Part shown: one piece after another, positions 40,431 to 55,319 of the stretch | Numbering within the stretch: the first letter of the stretch is position 1 | Layout: every line of letters starts with the position of its first letter | Assembly: GCA_951406725.2 (NCBI GenBank) | Contig: OX597824.1 | Location: 3,906,001-3,970,000, forward strand | Direction: 5' to 3' | Origin: Octopus vulgaris | Taxonomy: Eukaryota | DNA: 64,000 nt | The notes under the pieces: generated by a model | Told to the model about the DNA's origin: nothing | What the model saw: the letters and a program-made list of their open reading frames with translations, nothing else | Databases searched by the model: none | Made by a program: the position numbers and the translations under genes

Positions 40431-40711
40431 GTATGCAAACAAAACATAAAACAGAATTGATATTTGAATAATAAAATATTGAAATTACTGATGTTTCATC
40501 TCCAAGAACTGATGAAGAAGACATTATCGTTTGGCTTTATGTCCAGGCGCTGCAGAAAATGGACCACCTAGAGAAGAAGAAGACAGAAACGGGAAGGCTT
40601 TAGTGAAGAGAAGAAAGAGAAAAAACTGAGGTTTGTTAGTGGAGGAACATGCGTACTGATATGCAGGCACAGACAGACACACACACACTCATATACACAC
40701 ATATATGTATA

Positions 40712-40742
<31 letters not shown>

Positions 40743-40747
40743 GCATG

Positions 40748-40779
<32 letters not shown>

Positions 40780-40881
40780 AAATCATGATAAGGGTGAAAA
40801 AATTTGAATATTAATTAATAACATCAATTTAAAACACCAAGTGGCCTAGCGAAAAAAACTGGGATACAGTAAAAATTATTA

Positions 40882-41285
<404 letters not shown>

Positions 41286-41286
41286 A

Positions 41287-41355
<69 letters not shown>

Positions 41356-42867
41356 GAGAAATTCCTCTATTTACATAATATCAAGCTTTCATTCATTCTT
41401 GAGTGTAGGCTCGAAACGTAAAAGACTTTTTCTATTCCTGAGCATTATACTAATACATCTGTTTGTTTTGTACGCCACCTGTCTTCGTCTTTTGTTTTTT
41501 TCGTAAACTCTCCTACATATATATATATATATATATACACACGTATATACACATGCATATATGGGTACAGGGCGTCATCAATCGTAAACAACATGTAATA
41601 TGGAAACAAATGAGTTCAATACACAAACAACAAGAGAAATAAATGAAAAACGGGACAAGTAACATAAAGAACGACCTTTCATCAGTTGTCTGCTGTTTAT
41701 CTTCTCCTCATTTCGAGCATTCAATGACAATATGAGTCTTCAAAGATAGTTGCTCCCATAAATACCAAAATAAAATTTGAGATTTATGGAGAATCAAAGA
41801 TGAGAACAAAACAGGACAGTGGAGACAAACAAGGAAACCGAACAAAAACAAACAAGGAGGGTTGTTAGACCAGAACGAGGGTAAAATAGCAAACACTGGG
41901 GGAAAGATAGAAGAAAGAGATAGGATACGTCCAGTCCTTAGAACAATCCTGAACGAAAAGAAAAATGATCACAGGAGGAAAAGAAAGATGGACGATGGTC
42001 ACATGTGAGCAATGAAAGAGAGAAAAGAAGAAACAGGGGGTGAGAGAGTGAGAGAGATAAATATAAAATGGTGAAGAGGACAAAAAGGGAATTAGAGAAA
42101 AGGATGAGAGAGAAAATGATGACCTTCCATAAAGGGTTAAAAGTCTGTAAGGTGGGATTTGAGTAAGTATTGGCTGCTATTTTTAGCAGTTTGAGCAACC
42201 ATGTAGAGACTCCCTTACTGACCAATGTTTTTAGCTAAAGCAGGACATATCTTAATACCACCACCACCACCACCAGCAGCATTACTACCACCCGCCACTG
42301 CTCCCACCATCTCTGCAACCACTACCATTATTATCATTGCCATCATCATCATCATCATTAACATTGTTGTCAACATTATTTTTACAAACCTCTTAAACCA
42401 CATGACCATGCATTCCTTTACCTAGATCTATCCTTAAGACATAAAACATGTTGGTTTCCTTTTAAAGTCTGCCATTGACAAGAGATTGCCTGTTGTCTGT
42501 CAATGGAGATTGCTTGGTTATAATTACGTAAACACTGCCAGGCTGGCTTCAAAATAGGAATTATTTTTCAATTAGATCTGTAGCCAGAATTAATAATAAT
42601 TCTTAATAATTTTTCCTATTAACATTGTCACATTGCCAAAGACAGCGAGAGTCTTCGGAATTGTTTGGAATTGCTTGTGCTGTATTCCTGGTGAAAACAT
42701 TCATTAAATTTATCTCAGATTTCTTTTAACTGCATTTAGACATTCGGAGAGAAAAACAAATTTTTCTTTCTGAATGTAAAATGTAAAAATCTGAATAAAT
42801 TACTAATAAATTGTGTTAACGAACTTCACCAAAAAAACTAAAAATAATGGTACTTTTATACATATAC

Positions 42868-42911
<44 letters not shown>

Positions 42912-44648
42912 ATGTGGATGTGTGTGTATATAGTGGCAAAGAGCAAGCAGTTGTTTAAGGAAGGTTGGGGCTCACTTAATTAAGTCAATTACTTGTCTAG
43001 AACTTGTTTGTTAATGCCAAATTGAAGAACGGTAGAGTCAATTCCTGCTGATTAAATGGACCGTTTATTGCTTGTCTTTTGTCTTGCTTCAGTCATTGGG
43101 CTGAGGCCATGCTGCAGCACCACCTTGGAGAGTTTTAGCTGAAGGAATCAACCCTGATGCATATGTTTTTAAGATGAGTGCTTATTCTATCAGACTCTTT
43201 TGCCAAACCGCTCAGTTACTAGGATGTAAACAAACTAACACAGATTGTCAAGCAGTGGTGGAGGATAAATACACACACACACACTCATACACACACACAC
43301 ACTCACACACACACATACTCATACAAACATACACACACACTCACACACATACAAACACACATACACTCACACACATACACACACACACACACACACACAT
43401 GTACACATACCTCTTTTCGATGCCGGCATGGGTTAGATGGATTGTCACAATCCAATTTAGTTCTTATTTTCAGTTACTCTTCTCCTAGGCATATCAGGGG
43501 ACCAATTCGTACATCTCTCATCCATATATGGTTTGCTTTTGTACCTGGATTCCTTTTCTGGTGCAAATCTCTTTACAGAGTGTATTTGTTGCATTTTATC
43601 ATGGCACCAGCACTGGAGAGGGTGTCATGTCCTCAATAAGACCAAAGAATTTTCTCTGCTCTGTTTTCTCTGTTCATTTGAAAACCACTTTATGTAGTGT
43701 ACTGGTTGTAATTTAATCTTAATACAAACACCAAAAAGGTGCTTTGTACTCTGCAAAACTTTACATTGCATCCATTATTTCACGACAAATGTAAAGAAGA
43801 ATGGTAAAGGAAGTATGAGAAATATTAACGAATTCAGTAAGGTTAATATCTAGCTCTGGAGTGCATTCTACATTAGAGTACATTAATAATGGAAGGGGCA
43901 CTTTCAGAGCCAGGAGCCTTGTTGGCTGGAAGTAAATTAAGGATACCTTTGTACTTGGCATGAATATATATACTGTGATGAGTCTGGTGAGGTAGGAGTC
44001 AATGCAGCACACTTCAGTTTCACAGTGCTGTCACTACTTGCAGCAGGGAATTATGTCACCTGCATGCAGTCAAGTAGACTGAGCCATAAAAAGATATTTT
44101 ACTCATTGAAGGCAGGATTGGAAATTTTCTGAAGTATTGTTTAATTGTTCAATACTCTGTCGATACAATAAATCATACACTCCTCTCTTATATACACTCC
44201 CCTATTGACACAGCCATTCATACACTCCACTGTGGACATATCCATCTATGCATTGTCACATCCATCCTTCAGGAATTAATGAAGTCATTGAGAGAAATTC
44301 TATGTTTATTCACCCCACCCCACCATTAGTAAGTCAGCCATTATCTGATCAAAGACATTCCAGCAATGAACATCTTGTATTTTATTCAGATTCCTTGTAT
44401 CTGTGACTAATTAGTTTGCTAATTAGTTAAGTCATTAAAGTGTCAGACAGAATGGAATTTATTCTGACTTTCTATGCTCAAAGTTCAAATCTTCAGCTAA
44501 GGCATTTTTTTTCTTTCAGAGTTAATAAAATAAAGAACAATTCCAGGACAGAATGCTGGAAGAATTGTCAGAGGGTCCTTTGCAGGTTATCTTGCAGTAT
44601 TTGTTTTTGACCCGATGCATTCTGAGTTCAAATCCTTGCAGGGCTTAC

Positions 44649-44797
44649 TTGGATGAGTGACTCAAACTGTCATCCACTTTAGCACCACTTCCTATTCTCG
44701 AGTATTTTTAGCAGAGTTCGACTCTGTTGCAAATATTTGGGACCAGATCCCTGGTTTGAGTGTAACTTCCATCATTTTTTCCACCATTCCCAGGGGT
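44649..44797 (-). other. Candidate non-coding exon
   Basis: ctattttttcag acceptor, CAA|gtaagc donor; stops in all three frames. Confidence 0.3.
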
Positions 44798-45179
44798 CTG
44801 AAAAAATAGTCAAAGGGTTGTGAATGTTTCTTCCCTCTTTGGCTAAACATTAAAAAAAAAAACACTTTTTATCAAGATGTAGGTTGTGGAGGCACGTGGC
44901 CTAGTGGTTAGGATGCTTGGTTCATGATCATAATGTCATGGGTTCAATTCCTGGATCAAGCAGCACAATGTACTTTCACTTCCCATAGCTCCAATCACTG
45001 CAGCTGAAAATGAGAATGAGTACCACCCAAGTGCTGGAGTATCCGTTTGTCTGTCTGTCTGTCTGTCTCTCTCTCTCCCCTTCTCTCTCTCTCTCTCTTT
45101 CTCTCTCTCCCTGCTCAGTTGTCACATCCTAAATATGACAACTGGATCAAAGGGTGAGTGAGACAAGAAGTTGACTGTG

Positions 45180-45499
45180 TGTTGTAAAGTAGGTTCCTCC
45201 CATTAGTGTGATGTGTGACATGTGACTGCTGTTGTACTGTAGTTGCTGTTTTACATTAGTAGCCACAATAGTTACTAGTCATAGGATACTATTGTATCTC
45301 CTCTTCGTACTGGAATACTAATACACTGACTTCTTCTGTCTTACTATTACTGGTAGCTCCATAAGACACCACCTAGAACTGTCGACTCTCAACTCTTCGA
45401 CTCTTGACTCCCTCTTGATGACTGACTCCTGGTTGATTTATAATGGTTGACCCTTACCACTTATTACTTGGAGGGGGTGTGCAGTTTCACTATACAACA
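45180..45499. mobile_element. Solo LTR (TG..CA, 5-bp TSD; BEL/Pao- or Gypsy-type)
   Basis: Ends TGTTGTAAAGT / ACTATACAACA (10 of 11 inverted match); flanks CTGTG / CTATG. Confidence 0.7.
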
Positions 45500-46224
45500 C
45501 TATGTCTGCTCATCAAAAGCAATTAACAGAAGCATGGAACATATTACCAAGCTATACTCGATTGCAGGTGATGAGTTGGCCATTTGGCTTGCATTTTTAG
45601 CAGGACTAGCAAATAGGTATGGGCTAGCTTGTTGTTTCAACTGCTATCCCTCGAATCAACTCATACTGACTTATAGGAAAAAAGGTACATTGGAAAATGT
45701 ATTCCTAGATACACAATGTCTGAAAAGAAGACGAGGGAAGTACAAACCTTCAATCATAGGTCTGTTCTATGACCGTTGACCTGGGGCTAAACAACATGAA
45801 TAATGATTACATTCAAGATACAACCATATCAGAAAAACCACATACAACTTTGAGCTATTGAAGGAACCAATATGTAGTCTCTTGGTCTGCTAGAAATAAC
45901 AGCCAAAGACTTCACAGAATGTTATAGGTCAAGAGGAAATGCAGAATTCATGATAACTTCACAGGGTAACTGAGAATAGTAAGAAGAAGGAAAGGAAGAG
46001 AATGTCCTGAACCTGGGGACCAGGCCCAAATGCTCGCAATGGAGTGGGCTCTGCTAAAGGGATTAGAGGTACCAGGAGATGGGTTAGGTCCTAAATACCC
46101 TGTGTTTAAAATCAGAAAGAAAGAACAATCAAAAGTGGAGCTCCTTCAATGACAGGTCTGTTGGACCAAGGCTGAAAGCCGAGGCTATAACAGCATCAAC
46201 AATGACATCAAGAATAGATTAAGC

Positions 46225-46308
46225 CATCATCATCATCAGCATCATCACCATCCTCCTCCTCCTCCTCCTCATCTTCTTCTTCATCATCATCATCATTGTC
46301 ATCATCAT

Positions 46309-46343
<35 letters not shown>

Positions 46344-46357
46344 CCATCACCATCATC

Positions 46358-46412
<55 letters not shown>

Positions 46413-46426
46413 CCATCACCATCATC

Positions 46427-46458
<32 letters not shown>

Positions 46459-46475
46459 CACCATCGCCATCATTA
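46225..46475. repeat. (CAT)n tract
   Basis: Direct reading. Confidence 0.95.
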
Positions 46476-47049
46476 TTACCTTTAACCACTACCACTCACC
46501 ACTGCCACCCACCACTATCATCTTTACAGTAGGATATGCAACAACAACAACAACAGCAGCAATAAAAATTAACAGCAACAAACATGAAATGATAAAATGA
46601 TACGTAGCAGTAATACACTGAGGCTCTGTCCCAGTGGCTCTATTGCAGTAATTCCTGACAAAATTTGGCACTGGGTGCCTTGCCAAAATAAATCAATAGC
46701 ACTGGTAACTGGTGAGGCATTGTTTTCTTTGAAATTACCAGGCAATTGAAGAACACAAGACAGTAAATGGCTTATTAGAGATAATACATCATGTAATGGG
46801 TCGAGAGACACGGAATGAGGTTCTTCGTATGCAATATACATATTTTATCTTACTTAAACCAGCAGTGACTACTTGTCTGTTTGGATGCAAAGAATGGAAT
46901 TAAAGATGGCTTCCTCTGATAACATGACTGGAATTTGGAATTTGGAAGAGTTGGCAACAATGTAATTAGGTCTGTGACAGAGTGACTTGATGAGCAGTTC
47001 TGTTGGATGGCCAATTCATTCATGTGACAACGACACACCACCAGACAGA

Positions 47050-48090
47050 CGTCGGGTAAGATCACTGTTATCGTTATCATCGTCATCATCATCATCGTCA
47101 TCGGGTAATATCACTGTTATCGTCATCATTGTCATCATCGTTATCATCATCATCCTCATCATCATCATCGGGTAATATCACTGTTATCGTCATCATTGTC
47201 ATCATCGTTATCGTCATCATCGTCATCATCATCATCATCATCATCATCATGACAATCGCCAGCGACATCGTCCCCATCATTATCATTATCATGATATCCC
47301 TCCACCTCCTCCTCCTCCATCCCTCCTCCTCCCCATCATCATCATTGTTGCTATTATCGTCACCATCAACATTATTATTCTCATTGTCATCATTTTCACC
47401 ATTCTCCTCATCTCCATCATCACCATCACCACAATCATCATCATCCTCATCGTCATTGTTGTCATCGTCATCGTCATCATCCTCCTCCTCCTCCTCATCA
47501 TCATCATTGATATCTTCTTTCTTGTTATCATCAACATCATCATAAACAGCAGCAACGTTATCATCAACATCATTGTGATTCTCATCATTATTTTTGTCAT
47601 CATCACAGTTATTATTGCATTCAAGTTCAATGTCCTTACCATAGCTGCTACCACCACCATCACCACCATCAGTACCACCACCACCACCACAACCACCACC
47701 ACCACCACCACCACCACTACTACTACCACAACATGATCGACTGTCACTACCACCACCTTCATGGCCACAAGCTCCACCACCACCACCACCACCACCACCA
47801 CCATCACCTCCATAGCCACTAGTACTACCACTAATACCACTGTCATCACTACCAACACTACCACAAGATCCAGCACCAGTAACCTTTTCATTCGCTTAAT
47901 TACAACAGATATCAGATATCTTTAATGTCAACCATCACCACCATCAATGCCAACCTTGCAACAACAGACACTAATATGACCATCAGCCATTTTCTGCTAC
48001 CACTGACATCACCTCCTCCAACTCTTAGCCTCCTCCTCCTCCCCATCATCATCATCATTATCATCATCAACCTCATTACCATCATCATCA
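47050..48090. repeat. Degenerate (CAT)/(CAC) low-complexity field, including 3 copies of TCGGGTAA.ATCACTGTTATCG
   Basis: Copies at ~47052, 47101 and 47168. Confidence 0.85.
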
Positions 48091-48620
48091 ACACGGGAAT
48101 TTGTTTATGTTGTGCTGTACCTTGGGCAAGTGTCTTCTCCAACAACCTTGGACTCGCAAATAACAATGTAGTTATTGCTACAATTCGTGAATCATAATCC
48201 TTGATGTGAAAGTAAAGGGACGACAACACATTTTAGCATCTTTCTGTGGGTAGGAAAAATCCTAGAATTATCTTTGCTAGTTTCCTTTCTTGTAATAAAA
48301 ATCATTAGTGCAACATGCAGTCTTGTTTTCTGTCCACAGAGAGATTGATTAGTTATTGCTATTTATATCAGACACAAACCAAGACTCCCGAAATGGGAAC
48401 TGCAGGTATTAATTTTTTTATGAATATCGCAGGAATGGCTGAGTGGTAAGAAGCTTGCTTCTCAGCCACATGGTTCCAGGTTCAGTCCCACTGCATGGCA
48501 CCTTGGGTAATTGTCTTTTACTATAGCCTTGGGCTGACCAAAGCCTTGTGAGTGGATTTGATTGATGGAAACTGAAAGAAGCCCGATGTATATATACATA
48601 TACACATATATACATACATA

Positions 48621-48666
<46 letters not shown>

Positions 48667-48802
48667 AATAATGAGGGAGATAAATTAATATTAATTTTAA
48701 TATCAATTTAAAACCAGTAGTCCAGCATACAAAAAATCTGAGAAGTCAGAGAAAATTCTAATATATATGTATATTGGCATAGCAGTCTCGCCCTGCCAAT
48801 AT

Positions 48803-48865
<63 letters not shown>

Positions 48866-49139
48866 TATGTATGTATTTGTGTGTCTGTGCTTGTGCCCCC
48901 ACCGTTGCTTGACAACCAATGTTGGTGTGTTTACATCCCCATGACTTAGTGGTTTGGCCAAGAGACCAATAGAATAATTACTAGGCTTACAAACAATGAG
49001 TCCTCAGGACAATTTGTTTGACTAAAGGTGGTGCTCCAGCATGGCCAGAGTCCGGTGAGTGAAACTAGTGAAAGACTAAAAGAATTAAGGAATGAATAGA
49101 ACAGCTCTGGTATTTTCCTTACTTAACAAAGACTTTTAT

Positions 49140-49322
49140 TATTTACATTATTTACATTCGACGGATATTTACCCTCATCTTGTTTGTTGTTAACACAACG
49201 TTTCGGCTGATACACCCTCCAACCTTCATCAGGTGTGTTGCGGAAATTTTGAACCTAGGTTCTCATTCCTAAGATATTTTTCAATGTTATTATTATTATT
49301 ATTGTTATTATTACTATTGTTA

Positions 49323-49362
<40 letters not shown>

Positions 49363-49628
49363 TAGTTTTATTATTATTATTATTATTGTTATTATTATTA
49401 TTATTCAGGTCACTCGGATTATTATTATTTTTATTCAGGTCAACTTGGATTCTTGAGGTTTATGGCCCTGTGCTCTTAACCACTACACCATATGCCCGTG
49501 GGATGAAGGCTGGAGGGTATATCAGCTGAAACATTGTGTTAACAACAAACAAGATGAGGGCAAATATCCATCAAATATAAATAATGCAAATAATGTCTGT
49601 AATCCCTCGTTTCTTAAATATAGGACTG
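49140..49628 (-). mobile_element. tRNA-headed, hammerhead-bearing non-autonomous element with inverted pLTR-like 5' end and TSD
   Basis: TSD AAAGACTTTTAT / AAGGACTTTTAT (49128-49139, 49629-49640); 93-bp inverted arms 49138-49230 / 49502-49594; tRNA-like head starting at 49497. Confidence 0.75.
49193..49236 (-). ncRNA. Minimal type I hammerhead ribozyme
   Basis: ACAC-CTGATGA-A-GGTTG(10-nt loop)CAGCC-GAAAC-GTT-GTGT: complete core, 4-bp stem I, 5-bp stem II, palindromic loopless stem III (AACGTT). Confidence 0.8.
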
Positions 49629-50094
49629 AAGGACTTTTATGCCTGGTTTTTGTCAATATCGTATTTTGTTTCCTAAACCCATCGTATTTTGTTTCCTAAA
49701 CCCATCCTTTCTATTTTACTATCCCCTCCACATCATCTGACCCCTTCCTTCCTACACGCCTCTGCTCTCTTAATATTTTCATATTTGTAAACATTGCCAA
49801 AGAATTTGCATTTTCCTCGTTGCTTTTTAATGATTTTGTCAAGACTTGTCGCAGGAGACAAACCTATGACATCATACGCACATATTGCATATGAATTAGG
49901 TTATTATGCAAGCTATGGCCGTCTTGAAACGGCTCTCGAGATAAGGCCTTGCATAGTTCTGTTCTTTTATTTATTTTCTTCCTTCTGTAATTTCTGAAAT
50001 CTCTATTTTTTGTGCTTCATGTAAACATATTCCTCAAGCCTGCTTGTGCTTATGGACATATATATATATATATGTGTGTGTGTATATATACATA

Positions 50095-50186
<92 letters not shown>

Positions 50187-50616
50187 ATATATATATATAC
50201 ATATACAAGCACACACAAATGCGCACACACTTATCTCTCTCCTACACACACACACACACATAAATAATAGAAAATGGATTGAATGTCTTTCTTTATTCAA
50301 AATCATTACAATTCTTTCAACATATTGTTACACCAATATCATTAATTCCACTTTCTATTATTCATCTATTTATATAAACACTATGGGTACTATGGAGTTC
50401 CTGATGTATATCCAGTAGCAGGAGCATTTCTACTGTATGATGGCATCAGGTAGCCAATAACTGTGGACAAGCTTTGCATAGCATTCTACACAGTCTTTTT
50501 ACCTGAATCTTATTTAACTCTGTGTGTGTGTTTATACATGCATGTGTGTGTGTATGTGTGTACACACACTTTCACACACACATGTATGTATGTACATACA
50601 TATATATATACATATG

Positions 50617-50694
<78 letters not shown>

Positions 50695-50695
<1 letters not shown>

Positions 50696-51180
50696 TAGGT
50701 TGGTAAATAATTTTCTTCTGTTCTTTTTTTATTTTGGAATCTATTTTTTCCAAGAATTCTATTTTTGAATCATTTTGGAATCTATTTTGTTCTTTTTTTT
50801 TCTAGTTAATTTTAGTTAATTTTAGTTAATTTTTGTTTATTTTCAGATCATTAAAATGGAATTAAGAAAAACAAGTATTTTCGACACCTCCTTCTTTTTT
50901 GCTTTTAATCAAGGTTCTAAGGCCGCAAAAGCTGCTTGCGACATTTGTGCTATGTATGGAGAGGATGCCATAGCTGAAAGAACCTCTCATGATCAGTATG
51001 CCAAGTTCAAAAATGGAAACTTTGACCTCAAAGACGCACCTCATTCTGGCCGTCCAGTTGAGTTCAATGAAGAGTGATTAAACCAACTTTTGCACGAAAA
51101 TTCTTGTCAAATGACAAGGGAACTAGCAGAGAAAATGGAATGCTCCCAAACTGCTATAGAGAAGCATCTTCACTCAATCT
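50695..51180 (+). mobile_element. Truncated mariner transposon (Mos1/Hsmar-like N-terminus)
   Basis: TA|TTAGGTTGGT TIR start; FNQGSKAAKAACDICAMYGEDAIAERT..YAKFKNGNFDLKDAPHSGRPVEFNEE*LNQLLHENSCQMTRELAEKM..IEKHLH. Confidence 0.9.
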
Positions 51181-51256
51181 TGCAAGAACCATGGCTTCGT
51201 TCCTACAAGATGAGAAAATCATTCTATTTGTTTAAATCTCAGACTCAGTGATTTCT

Positions 51257-51325
<69 letters not shown>

Positions 51326-53884
51326 AGCAGCAGCAGCAGCAGCAGTAGCAAATAACATCAGAAATAGTAGAAGCACCTGCAGCAGCAGAAGTAGAAGTAG
51401 TAGTGGTGGTGGTTGTGGTGGTGGTGGTGGTGGTGGTGAGTCCTCAGACTTGAAACAGTCATGTGATGGGGGTTGATGCTGAACAAATTAATACATTTGA
51501 TAAAATTGAGATTCTTAAACTTGTCCAACCCCATGGTGAAAACAGCAGTATTATACTGATGCAATATCTAATTTGTGTTCCTCCTCCTCTTCCTCCTCCT
51601 CCTCCTCCTCCTCATCATCATCATCATCATCATCAACATTTAACGACTGCTTTCCATGCTGGTGTGGGTTGTTCCCTTGAATAAAGATGGAAATGGAGTT
51701 GGATGTGATTGTTTGGCTGAGTCAACAGAGCAATGGGAAAAACATCCTATGTGGGATTTCTTTTGATTCTTTACTTCATGAGTTCAAATTCTGCCAATGT
51801 CAACCTTGCGTTTCACCCCCTCCCCCTAGGGTGGCGGTGTCGACAAAACAAAGTACCAGCCAAGAAGTGGTTTCAATGGTATTGACTAAAACCCCTTCCC
51901 TCCTTAAAATTATTGACTTTGTGTCTGAACCAGAAGAAATTATCAAAGGGGAGGGGCAGAGGAGAAAAATAATTTCAAAAAAATTTTTTTTGTTTTTTTG
52001 TTTTTGGTTTTGAGGGGTGGGGCTTGATATTTCTGAGGTTGAGCTTCACTGTTTTAGTCCAATTTAATTCTGTGCTAAATATTTTCTCAAGGTGCCAAGC
52101 CGTGAAATCCAAAACTGAAAACATGTATTTGCAAAGCCAACTTCTCAACCAAACAGTTTTAACAGAAAAGCAGCTGCAAAAAAAAAAAATATAAAAACAC
52201 AAATAAAATAAAATAAATAAGAAAAAAGAAAGAAAAGCGTTGTGTGATGTAAATGTCAGACCAAACAGAGAAATGATTTCTAGTTGAAACAAACAGATCT
52301 TTGAACAATCAATGAAATAAAAAAAAACCATAACAACAATATTTAGGCCATTAAATGTCTGAATCATATATTTCATTCTTCAGCGTTTTAAATACTGGAA
52401 CATAAATGGTTATTTCTAAATGTTTATTTTTTATTCATTATCATCATTTGAATGTCCATTTAGCACACATGAAACGAGGATGCACTAAAGCAACTCCAGT
52501 TATGTTCAAATCTGCATAATTCTTTTGTACAAGACCATGTTGGATAACAGGCCCCATTGTCTTAGATTTAACTTCAATAGATTTTGTCTAGTTTCCTTTG
52601 ATTATCCCAGGCTTATACAGGTCATGTTGCTTTCTACCTCCTGTATGATAATATCTCATTCCTTTCACTTATCCTTGGGTAAATTCAACTTAATCAGGGA
52701 ACTACTTCAGGATTTACGCGAGTCAATGTGGTTTTTGTTGTACTTATCATTCTCTCCAATTCACAGGTGTTAACGAGTTGTGTCAATCACCAAATATTCA
52801 TTATATGTAATGACTGATATACTTTCTACCATTCATCTCAATATTAATTTACCGAAGGTCATTGGTCAACGAAATATTTGGAAATTCAGTATCTCTTTGT
52901 ATGGTCATTCTCAATACCTGCAACCTTAGAGCCCACCTGGTTTGGGAACAGCAAGAGAAAATGATAGAATTAACAGACACACTAAAAAAAAAAAATCTAT
53001 CGTTACCATAGATCTGTTCTATCAGTAATTTACCATTTTGGTTCCTTGCCAGTGGGAATCATTCATTTCATTTCCTAGTCCTATCAGCACAAACATTCTC
53101 TTACAAATGCTTCAGCCATATTTAGTTGGCTGTCTATTGGCAGAATTGTTAAAGCTTTCAACAGAATGCCTCTTGGTATTTGTTTTGACTCTCAGCCTCT
53201 GAGTTCAAATCCCACTGAGTTCAACTTGGTCTTTCATCATTTCAGGGTTGCTAAAAGAGTTACCCATCCAGAAAAGAAAACATTCCTTTTAGTCTCTGTT
53301 CTGGACATTTATATTCTGATAGTAACATCTACAACAACACATGGACCCAGCTATATCACCCTTAACACCTTTGATTCCAACCCACCTGAGCCAGTCCCTT
53401 GATCTTTCATATGAAATCCCTGTTTAAAATGATCTAAAAAATCTTTCCATTAAAACTTCATGCTAATTGATGTTTCGAGTACCATGTTAATAATGGCACA
53501 GTTATGTTATTAAATTCTTCATTATCTCCAAAAGCACTTGAAACAAAGACAGTGTTTTTAAACAGAACTATAGCAACAAGAGTACTAAAGTGGGGGCCTC
53601 AACCTTTAACCTTTAAATATCATCAGAAGGGTGGGAAAAAAAGGCATAGTCAATTGCAAAACTTCCTTAAAAAATTTTGTCAAGGCCTGTGCATATGTCT
53701 GTGGTCATCCTTGACCACTTGTGGCCCCATATGGCACTCAGCCATTCTCTCGATTCATTTGCACTCAGCCTTTCTCACTCAAAGCTTAATCTTGCATTTA
53801 CAATGGAGGTTTTGTCTCTGTCTACAACTGTTTGTTTTCGTTTTATTCACATTAATCACAAGTCAGCTGATTCTAAAAATATGC

Positions 53885-54430
53885 AGTGGTGATCAATGTC
53901 AAGCAACGTGAATGGGGAAAAAAAAAGACAAAGATAATGGTTATTAACAAGACAGAACCAAAGAAAATAAATATAAAGAGGCAGAAGGTTGAACAAATAA
54001 AACTCTTCAAGTATTTAGGCCAAGTAATAAATCAGGAAAGTTGCTGTGTAGAGGAGGTTGTTCAAAGAATAAAGCTAAAACAACATTTGTAAGAATGAAG
54101 GGGATCTTCGCCTCAAAAAACATATCCCTGCACCAAAAACTGAGACAAACGAACTGTTATATTATGCCAATTGTCCTCCACAGGACAGGAATTTAAACAA
54201 TATATACAGTAACAGAAAATATGGGACCACTTGTAACATGGGTTTCTGCAGATTGGGCAGAATAAGTTGGAAACACAGGGTTACCAACACTGCAGTGCTA
54301 GAAAAACTGAACACCCAAAGGAACTTATTTTGAAGAATAAAGTCCACAAATTTCGGGCATGCAATGTGCCACAAGTCACTGGCCAAGATCATTCTGACAG
54401 GAAGTGTGAAGGGGAAGAGAGCAAGAGGCT
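53885..54430 (+). mobile_element. Decayed RTE-like LINE RT C-terminal fragment
   Basis: KKTKIMVINK..INIKRQKVEQIKLFKYLGQVINQESCCVEEVVQRI, later LGRISWKHRVTNTAVLEK and ILTGSVKGKRARG; frameshifts. Confidence 0.8.
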
Positions 54431-54609
54431 ATGAAAAAAACATCACTGCTTGTATGATGGTGATATTTATTTACAACAATCACAATTTGTCAAGTCATAG
54501 AGACACAAATACACCTGCATCCACTCATGTATACATATAATATATAATATAATATAATATAATATAATATAATATAAGATATATATATATAAACATATGT
54601 GTGTGTATA

Positions 54610-55126
54610 TATATATATATAAAACTGTAGTTGTGTGAGTGTCTGTCTCCTACGATTTAGATTCCTAACTCCTCCCACATTTTGCGGTGCAGTTTAACCA
54701 AATTCGGGTATTTTATAGTCATGATTAATATCGAGCCCGTCTGGCTATTAGCGCGCGTCTACGATGAGTCTACGATTTAAAAAATAATTTAACATAATTT
54801 TTTATTCCATTTTAATGCATAATTTTTTGTGTGTTGATGGCGGCGGAGTTGGCGTCCATGCTCAAACACCTGCACCTGTGTTTGCTTCTCCCCCTTCTTC
54901 CCTCCCTCGTGAAGCTGTGGGGAAGGGAGTGTAAAGAAATCAACGTCGTAATGCGTTGTCAAGGAGACCAGCGTTCTTTTAGAACAACGACTTCATGGCT
55001 TGAAGACACCAAAACAGAAATGGCTAAGAAAGCCCGAATTGGCATCTATAAAGGAAGTAACTCTCTAAAAATGCTTATATAGTTATTTCCCTTACAAACC
55101 CGAGCAACGCCGGGCGATACTGCTAG
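54610..55126 (+). mobile_element. Non-autonomous Helitron
   Basis: 5' TATATATAAAACTGTAG..GTCTGTCTCC; 3' hairpin CCCGAGCAACGCCGGG about 10 nt before the terminal CTAG|T. Confidence 0.75.
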
Positions 55127-55127
55127 T

Positions 55128-55186
<59 letters not shown>

Positions 55187-55284
55187 GTTAAGCCAAACAT
55201 GAAAGCACAAAAGAACACAACAACGTGAGGACGTGGAACAAATATAGTATTATTGGACGCTCAGTAAAGAAGGAAAGAAGGAGG

Positions 55285-55319
55285 GTTTAAAGTTTCGAGC
55301 GGAGCTCTTCATCGGAAAC
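55285..55319 (-). ncRNA. Degenerate minimal hammerhead in a (TA)n-terminated pLTR-like fragment (55186-55400)
   Basis: GTTT-CCGATGA-A-GAGC(TCC)GCTC-GAAAC-TTT-AAAC; two substitutions from canonical. Confidence 0.6.

Noticed and set aside
41670-41740. Hammerhead-like CTCGAAA..CTGATGA on the minus strand
   Set aside because: Could not build stems I-III in any permutation
42463-42510. pre-miRNA-like hairpin CCATTGACA..TGTCAATGG
   Set aside because: Stem only ~17 bp with bulges, too short for a Drosha substrate
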